Of a stretch of DNA of 64,000 nt, positions 58,481-64,000 are shown one piece after another (the first letter of the stretch is position 1; each line of letters opens with the position of its first letter). The notes under the pieces are model-generated. The model was not told the DNA's origin. It did no database searches and worked only from the letters and a program-made list of their open reading frames with translations. Position numbers and translations under genes: made by a program. The stretch lies in IMG/VR virus record IMGVR_UViG_3300045988_175328, positions 64,001 through 128,000 of that record. One strand, given 5' to 3'. The stretch comes from a virus.

Positions 58481-60139
58481 ATGAAAATTTATCCTAACAA
58501 TAAAAATGTTGTAGCGAAAGAGGTTGTCGGATTATCCGACATTCCTCTTTCTTACATTTCTTCTGAACTTACATTTGATGGTATCAATATCGATTATACG
58601 GAATTTAATAATAAAAAAATCCCGGCACGAATCTTTGAAAAGGCTAAGAAAAATATTCTTTACTTTAAATCAGATACAGAAGTAGCTGTTAATAATAAAG
58701 ATTATATGATCGATAACGATGGTTTCTTGACATTAAAAAACACATCGAAAAACAAAAAGCATCGTGCGACTGTATTTTCTTATCGGTATATTCTGCAGTC
58801 AGAAGATCCATATAAATCTGGAGAGCCATTAACGATAAAAATAAACTCTTCTAAAATTAAAGATTTATTGAAAGAAACGCCGACTCTTCCGAATATTGAT
58901 ATCCTTGAAGATGAAGACTCTCCTGATATTCTTTGCTTTAAAAGCGAAGCAGAGTATATTGAACAGATGAAAAAGAAAGAATATATTGACAACGGTCCTC
59001 CTGTTTCACTTATTATTTCTTCAGCTGTCGATCAATTAATTCATAGCAATTTTCCTCAAGAAGTAAAAATAAAAGATCCAATTCTTTTCCATAACAAATC
59101 CTACGAGATTCGTCCTAAAGTTGAGATGATCCGTACTGATAAAGAGTTTGAACTCTTTCCGAAGATTACATATAAATATATATTCTTAACTGACAAAGAA
59201 TCTCCATTTGTTATCTTACAAGACCTACTTAATTTTAAAACAATTATTCTTGCAACTCCCAAAGGAATTAAAGATAAAGGATTAAAAGAATTATTGCTTG
59301 AACATATTGTATTTGCTTATCTAGTAAGAGCTATTAAATATCCAAAGGATCCGTTTACTTCTTATATCTCTAAAAACGATATCGATTATTTCTTAACATT
59401 ATCGACGCCACTTAACAAAAAACATCCAGATATTAATTGGAAATCTGACGTCAAAAATCTTCACGGTGACTATCGATTACTTTATATCGATATCGACAAT
59501 CCCAATGTAGAACTTGACTATATTTCTCCAGATGGATATTGTCATTTTAAAAAGACAGTTTATGATGAACCTGAAAAAGGTACATCTAAAACTATATTGA
59601 CAGCTCAAGAAGAAATACGGTATATTGATCAAGGCATCGATTCTATTTATGAGATCGAAGAGTCGCCTAAGATTTCTTACAAGATTAAAGATCACGAAGT
59701 AGATATTCTTGTTACTCCAATGAAAAGTTCTTCTAAAAAGATATTCATTAAAGACGATTATTTTACGACGATTCATAATTTAAATTCAGATCATCTTCTT
59801 GTCGTTAAATATGATGAGGCAAAAGAACAATGGTATTATGAAATTGTAGAAGATTCTAATACGAATACCGATATAGTTATCGCCAAGATTTTAATTAAAC
59901 GAAAATCTAAAATAACGCCAATCGATATACGTGTTCTAGGTGGAGGAAGCTCTTCATTCTCTGATCCGAACATGATCGACTCTAGTAATATAAACGGAAG
60001 ATCTTACAGGGTTGGAACCGCAATGGTTATCACTCTTCCTAAGCAATATAAATCTCATCAAGCGCACTTAGAAAAAGAAATAGAAAAACATATTTCTTCA
60101 TCCGAAGTGCCAATTTTCCTTTTTGAGGATTCTAATTAA
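58481..60139 (+). CDS. hypothetical tail-fibre-module protein
   Basis: 552-aa ORF, with ATG directly after the upstream stop. Confidence 0.5.
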   Translation: MKIYPNNKNVVAKEVVGLSDIPLSYISSELTFDGINIDYTEFNNKKIPARIFEKAKKNILYFKSDTEVAVNNKDYMIDNDGFLTLKNTSKNKKHRATVFSYRYILQSEDPYKSGEPLTIKINSSKIKDLLKETPTLPNIDILEDEDSPDILCFKSEAEYIEQMKKKEYIDNGPPVSLIISSAVDQLIHSNFPQEVKIKDPILFHNKSYEIRPKVEMIRTDKEFELFPKITYKYIFLTDKESPFVILQDLLNFKTIILATPKGIKDKGLKELLLEHIVFAYLVRAIKYPKDPFTSYISKNDIDYFLTLSTPLNKKHPDINWKSDVKNLHGDYRLLYIDIDNPNVELDYISPDGYCHFKKTVYDEPEKGTSKTILTAQEEIRYIDQGIDSIYEIEESPKISYKIKDHEVDILVTPMKSSSKKIFIKDDYFTTIHNLNSDHLLVVKYDEAKEQWYYEIVEDSNTNTDIVIAKILIKRKSKITPIDIRVLGGGSSSFSDPNMIDSSNINGRSYRVGTAMVITLPKQYKSHQAHLEKEIEKHISSSEVPIFLFEDSN

Positions 60140-62205
60140 TGGTTAAACATTTAAAACAAATTGATTTCACGAAAGGAGTTAAGGCCGCGCCGATTAATTA
60201 TAATTTTAATTTGATCGACGAATGGCTAAAACATCTTCGTTTAAATAGCAGTGGATGGGGTGTTATTACTGGATTTGATTTATCGAGAGATAAAGATACA
60301 TTTAATATTAATGTATCAAGCGGAACACTCGTTACTTTTTCTGGAGAAGAACTATCTCTTCCTGACAAAGTAATTAATGTTGGCCCGCCAGATCCTACTC
60401 GATATTTCGAGAAACATACATTGACTGCAACTGGGAAAATCGAACTTCGATTTCCAGTATATTCTCCATCACAATTAAAACTAATTCGATACATTAATAA
60501 TACTGAAGGTACTCTTCCTCCAACAACAGAGTTTCGTGTCTACGATGTTGAAACTCAAGAGATTATTCCGGTAGCTTCTATTATTAAGAACAATGTTCTT
60601 GTTGAAGATCCAGAAGAGCATACAGGAAAACGTATCGAGGTAGCATATCAATATGCATCTTCGCATATCGATACAATTACATATAATGAAAATTATCCTG
60701 ATCTATATCCAAAATATTATTTCGGGATTTTTTCATCTTCTCCTTCGTTACCAGACAAAAAAACATTCTTTAAAGAAAAAGATATTATCTTAGGGTATGC
60801 CTATTGGCATATCACTGAAGAAGGAGTGTCAGTTGAGTTCTTAAAAGAACCGACTAACAATCAAAGTATTTACGTTAATAAAGATAACGATATTTATCTT
60901 TACGGCAAATTATACCCTCGACGCCAAAAACAATTCATTTATTTTATCCAACCAGAGAAACCAGATCCTAATGATCTGTGGTATAATATGGATGATAATA
61001 CTTTATATATTTGGCGGCAGTATCAAGGAAAAGATTATGCGTGGGTCCCATTAAATTCTCACGATCAAGCTGATCACAAAGAAGTTCATTTGTTTGATTC
61101 TAACGAGAAACAAACTTTTATCTTCCCAGAGAACAAGCCTAATATGATTTTTAAGCCAAGAACTTCAGCTCTTGAAGTATATATCGACCAAGGATATATT
61201 ATGGAAGATCAATTTACTGAGATGATCATGCTCAAAGCTCGTAATGCAGCTGGCGATCATATTGTTGTGGCTGATGAACCTCGATATCTTGAAGAAGATA
61301 TTTTAAAAGGCGTCGGATTCAAATTAAATTATCCATTGAACGAGCCGACTATCGTGCAAGCTAATGTTCGCCATGTAGTGAAACCTGCATCTGACTCTGG
61401 AACGTTTCAACGTGCAGCTATCTTTGTCGAAGAGAAACGTATCGTCTATAATGAAGACACATACCCAAATCATATGAGAGATTTACGTATTCCGTCTTAT
61501 TTCCAATATGGCAAAGGTCAATTAGAGATCTATCTTAACGGGATTAAACTTCACGGAGGATCTTCTGACGAAGACGACTTCACAGAATTGCCTCCAGAAA
61601 ATGGAGTTCTAGCAAACAAGTTTCGGGTTCGTGATCATGTTAATTTAAGATATGGCGACAAGATTATATATCGTATTTCTCATTATGTTTGGTCGTATGA
61701 ACAGATCGAACAGTTGATGGATTCTTTAAAAAAGAAAATCGACGATAATAAAACAATTCTTGATACTTTCAAACAAGAGTATAAGGCTAAAATGAATACA
61801 CTTGAGCCAAATGTAAATAAGGCACTTACTGATATTCATAACTTAAAAAATTCTACACTTAATACAGAAACTTTCATTCGTAAGAGTGATAAGATATCGC
61901 TTGCTATGCTTAACGATGAGCTTAAAAATAAAATATTTAAAAGTTATATAGAATACGAATTAATTGTCGATCCTTCATCTCCGACATACCCATTGCCATT
62001 CGAGAAAAAAGAATCACAGGTAATTCTTGTTCTTTTAGATGCGCATGTATCTATCGATCAAAAACTTGATAACGCATCGTATAAAACTCTTTTAAATAAA
62101 GATGTCGATTATACTATTCTCGAGAATAATCGAATCAAACTTGCTACAAGCTTAGTAAGAAATACACGTAAATTAAAATTCTTAGTCTTTAACTTCGGAG
62201 AATAA
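60139..62205 (+). CDS. putative tail fibre/receptor-binding protein
   Basis: 688 aa. PNDLWYNMDDNTLYIWRQYQGKDYAWVPLN is a motif type common in phage fibre proteins. C-terminal coiled-coil segment. Confidence 0.45.
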   Translation: MVKHLKQIDFTKGVKAAPINYNFNLIDEWLKHLRLNSSGWGVITGFDLSRDKDTFNINVSSGTLVTFSGEELSLPDKVINVGPPDPTRYFEKHTLTATGKIELRFPVYSPSQLKLIRYINNTEGTLPPTTEFRVYDVETQEIIPVASIIKNNVLVEDPEEHTGKRIEVAYQYASSHIDTITYNENYPDLYPKYYFGIFSSSPSLPDKKTFFKEKDIILGYAYWHITEEGVSVEFLKEPTNNQSIYVNKDNDIYLYGKLYPRRQKQFIYFIQPEKPDPNDLWYNMDDNTLYIWRQYQGKDYAWVPLNSHDQADHKEVHLFDSNEKQTFIFPENKPNMIFKPRTSALEVYIDQGYIMEDQFTEMIMLKARNAAGDHIVVADEPRYLEEDILKGVGFKLNYPLNEPTIVQANVRHVVKPASDSGTFQRAAIFVEEKRIVYNEDTYPNHMRDLRIPSYFQYGKGQLEIYLNGIKLHGGSSDEDDFTELPPENGVLANKFRVRDHVNLRYGDKIIYRISHYVWSYEQIEQLMDSLKKKIDDNKTILDTFKQEYKAKMNTLEPNVNKALTDIHNLKNSTLNTETFIRKSDKISLAMLNDELKNKIFKSYIEYELIVDPSSPTYPLPFEKKESQVILVLLDAHVSIDQKLDNASYKTLLNKDVDYTILENNRIKLATSLVRNTRKLKFLVFNFGE

Positions 62206-62206
62206 A

Positions 62207-62641
62207 TTGGATAGAAATTTAACTTGGATGGTATTAGACGATAATGAATTCGATATATATGATACATTTAGGGCTGGTGTTTTAACGCCGGCCCATGTTC
62301 ATATTATTCCGGTTCGATTGTACAATAATTATCTTGGATTAGAAAAAATACCAGATCTAAAAAACTTCGGGATTAATTTTTATTTCTCCCACTTAGAAGA
62401 CTCATCTTTATTGAATTATATTCGTATTTTAAATAAAGATGGCGCCGAATTACCGCTGACTCGTATTGGCGATACACTAACAGTTAATTTAACTGAGACA
62501 GTTGTTTTATCTGGCGAAGCAAACGACGGAACGAATCCTAAAACTTTCTTCGATTTCAATATTGAATTTGATTTACCGAAGGAAATAAAATTTAAAATTA
62601 ATGATCTTAAAGAACTCAACTGTGAAGTTGTTATCTACTAA
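62207..62641 (+). CDS. small hypothetical protein (fibre-module)
   Basis: 144-aa ORF with a TTG start. Confidence 0.45.
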   Translation: MDRNLTWMVLDDNEFDIYDTFRAGVLTPAHVHIIPVRLYNNYLGLEKIPDLKNFGINFYFSHLEDSSLLNYIRILNKDGAELPLTRIGDTLTVNLTETVVLSGEANDGTNPKTFFDFNIEFDLPKEIKFKINDLKELNCEVVIY

Positions 62642-62659
62642 CATGGGGGTGAATTTTAA

Positions 62660-64000
62660 TTGAAACCTACCTATGGTATACGAAAGTTTAGTGAATATAC
62701 TACAGATCCTACTTCCGCTTTTATTATTAACGATACTGATAAAGACAAGTATTACTGGGCTGATATTCCAGATGGATCATTACTCGTTAACACTAAAACA
62801 GGCACTCTTTCTATTAAATTAGAAGAAGAGATTGATTGGGTTCCTTGTGGTGTTAAACGAGACGGTACTGAGAAACTTTTAAAGAGTGCGGTTATCGAAG
62901 TTGAGTTTTTTACGATTGTCGACATACAAGATGACAAAGTATTGTATCATGATATTCATGAAATCTCTCGAGTAGCTTATATTAAAAATGGCAAGGCATC
63001 TTTTAAAATCGGTCGCGGATTATATCTTCCCGGAACTAATCAACTCGAAGTTTTTGTCAACGATGTGATCCGAAGAACAGCGGCAACAAAAGATTTAGTC
63101 GAAGAAAACATGAAATATTTCTCGATTGACCTCGACGACTTAATTATCGGATCAACACTTACTGTTCGATACATTGATTATGAACGTTTAAGTGAAGTAT
63201 ATCCATATATTTATCTACAAAAAAGCCATCCATGGTTTTTTGAAGATAAAGATATTTGGATCGATAAACGGAAAACATATCATGAAGACACACCACTCAG
63301 TTGGTATATCGAGAAACTCGATGCCGATCATGCACATGTTGTAGTATATGCAGACAAAGAGTCGAGATTAATCTTAACGAAAAAACAGAATGAACTATAT
63401 AATATTATTTCGACACGATATATCACTAAGTTCTCTGTGCCGCTAGAAGACGAAGATTACTTTTTAAATGTATTCGCTTCGGCTATAAATAAAAAAACAT
63501 CTTTTCAAAAAATATTAATTCAAGGTAAAAATAAAAGAAATAAAGAGATCCTTGATATTAATAAACTCGGCGAATCTCCAACAAAACACTTTTACAGAAT
63601 TACTTCAACGGTTGGATATGTTGTGGCATTTTATACAGATGATTCTTCTAATTCTTTAATCTATCGGAAGCAAAGTTTAACTGGAACGATTGATTTTACG
63701 GTTACAGAAAATCATCCTCGACGTATTCGTGTTGTATTAATTAATCCCAAAACGAATCAATCAGTATTAACTAAGTTTATTGAGAATCCTTTGTATGATC
63801 TTTTTGAAAACAAACGCAATGAAGATATTGAACGAAGAAAATCGTTAATCTTAAATGCTGAGCGATTAAAACGAGAAAAAGAAGAAGAGCGTAAGCGTAA
63901 AGAACGAGAAGAACAAGAAAGAAGAGAAGCTGAGCGTAGACGCTTAGAAGAAGAAGCTCATAGGCTAGAAGAAGAAAAAAGGAAGCTTGCTGAAGAAGCA
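62660..64000 (+). CDS. structural protein, 5' partial (runs off the window), ending in an E/R/K-rich helix
   Basis: TTG at 62660 after GGGGGTGA. The frame is open for 447 codons to the window end. It is absent from the ORF track because it has no stop. DKYYWADIPDGSLLVNTKTGTLSIKLEEEIDWVPCG resembles the motif in the 60139 ORF. The tail reads ERLKREKEEERKRKEREEQERREAERRRLEEEAHRLEEEKRKLAEEA. Confidence 0.6.
   Translation, partial: MKPTYGIRKFSEYTTDPTSAFIINDTDKDKYYWADIPDGSLLVNTKTGTLSIKLEEEIDWVPCGVKRDGTEKLLKSAVIEVEFFTIVDIQDDKVLYHDIHEISRVAYIKNGKASFKIGRGLYLPGTNQLEVFVNDVIRRTAATKDLVEENMKYFSIDLDDLIIGSTLTVRYIDYERLSEVYPYIYLQKSHPWFFEDKDIWIDKRKTYHEDTPLSWYIEKLDADHAHVVVYADKESRLILTKKQNELYNIISTRYITKFSVPLEDEDYFLNVFASAINKKTSFQKILIQGKNKRNKEILDINKLGESPTKHFYRITSTVGYVVAFYTDDSSNSLIYRKQSLTGTIDFTVTENHPRRIRVVLINPKTNQSVLTKFIENPLYDLFENKRNEDIERRKSLILNAERLKREKEEERKRKEREEQERREAERRRLEEEAHRLEEEKRKLAEEA

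Noticed and set aside
365-62937. All other minus-strand ORFs of 60-122 aa in the track, and the short + strand ORFs in alternative frames nested inside larger genes (for example 2254-2622, 3125-3457, 28060-28335, 43397-43708, 53595-53915, 54132-54467, 2474-2668, 2937-3128, 44985-45176)
   Set aside because: Each is embedded antisense or out of frame in a long + strand gene. The products are low-complexity with Ile/Phe/Asn/Lys bias, as expected from AT-rich sequence. None has an RBS.

Overview
This window is the tail and baseplate structural module of a visibly AT-rich, large contractile-tailed phage. Every credible gene is on the + strand. Shine-Dalgarno sites (AAAGGAGG type), TTG/GTG starts and TTGnnn-17-TATAAT promoters suggest a Firmicutes-type host. 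Gene order is: small virion genes, tail sheath (2891-5926), a tail-tube-like gene, two further tube-fold paralogs, two small chaperone-position genes, four consecutive giant ORFs (2142, 3287, 1682 and 1897 aa), then spike, baseplate and fibre genes to the window edge. I saw no tRNA, rRNA or CRISPR array. Four things stand out. (1) The tube gene is split into four exons (6529-6686, 7530-7572, 10279-10551, 10936-11145; 681 nt, 227 codons) by group I introns. The second gap (7573-10278) is a composite that looks like an IStron (a group I intron fused to an insertion sequence). It carries two complete phage-type ribozyme cores, an intact promoter-driven TnpB with a folded downstream RNA, and a promoter-driven LAGLIDADG endonuclease. 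(2) A related group I intron (38331-38999) lies exactly between the 1682-aa and 1897-aa ORFs. Its predicted splicing removes the stop codon and gives one 3597-aa protein. (3) The 3287-aa protein has N-terminal DEDDh 3'-5' exonuclease motifs and C-terminal motifs of both double-psi beta-barrels of multisubunit-type RNA polymerases, so it is a candidate single-chain virion RNAP fusion. (4) There are unusual repeat and domain architectures: a tube paralog with a basic P-E-F-x-S-R repeat tail, an RHH repeat array followed by an apparently catalytically intact staphylococcal-nuclease domain, and YadA-like motifs in a tail fibre. All functional calls rest on motif reading by eye. Splice sites are inferred from paralog alignment plus guide-sequence complementarity and need RT-PCR.
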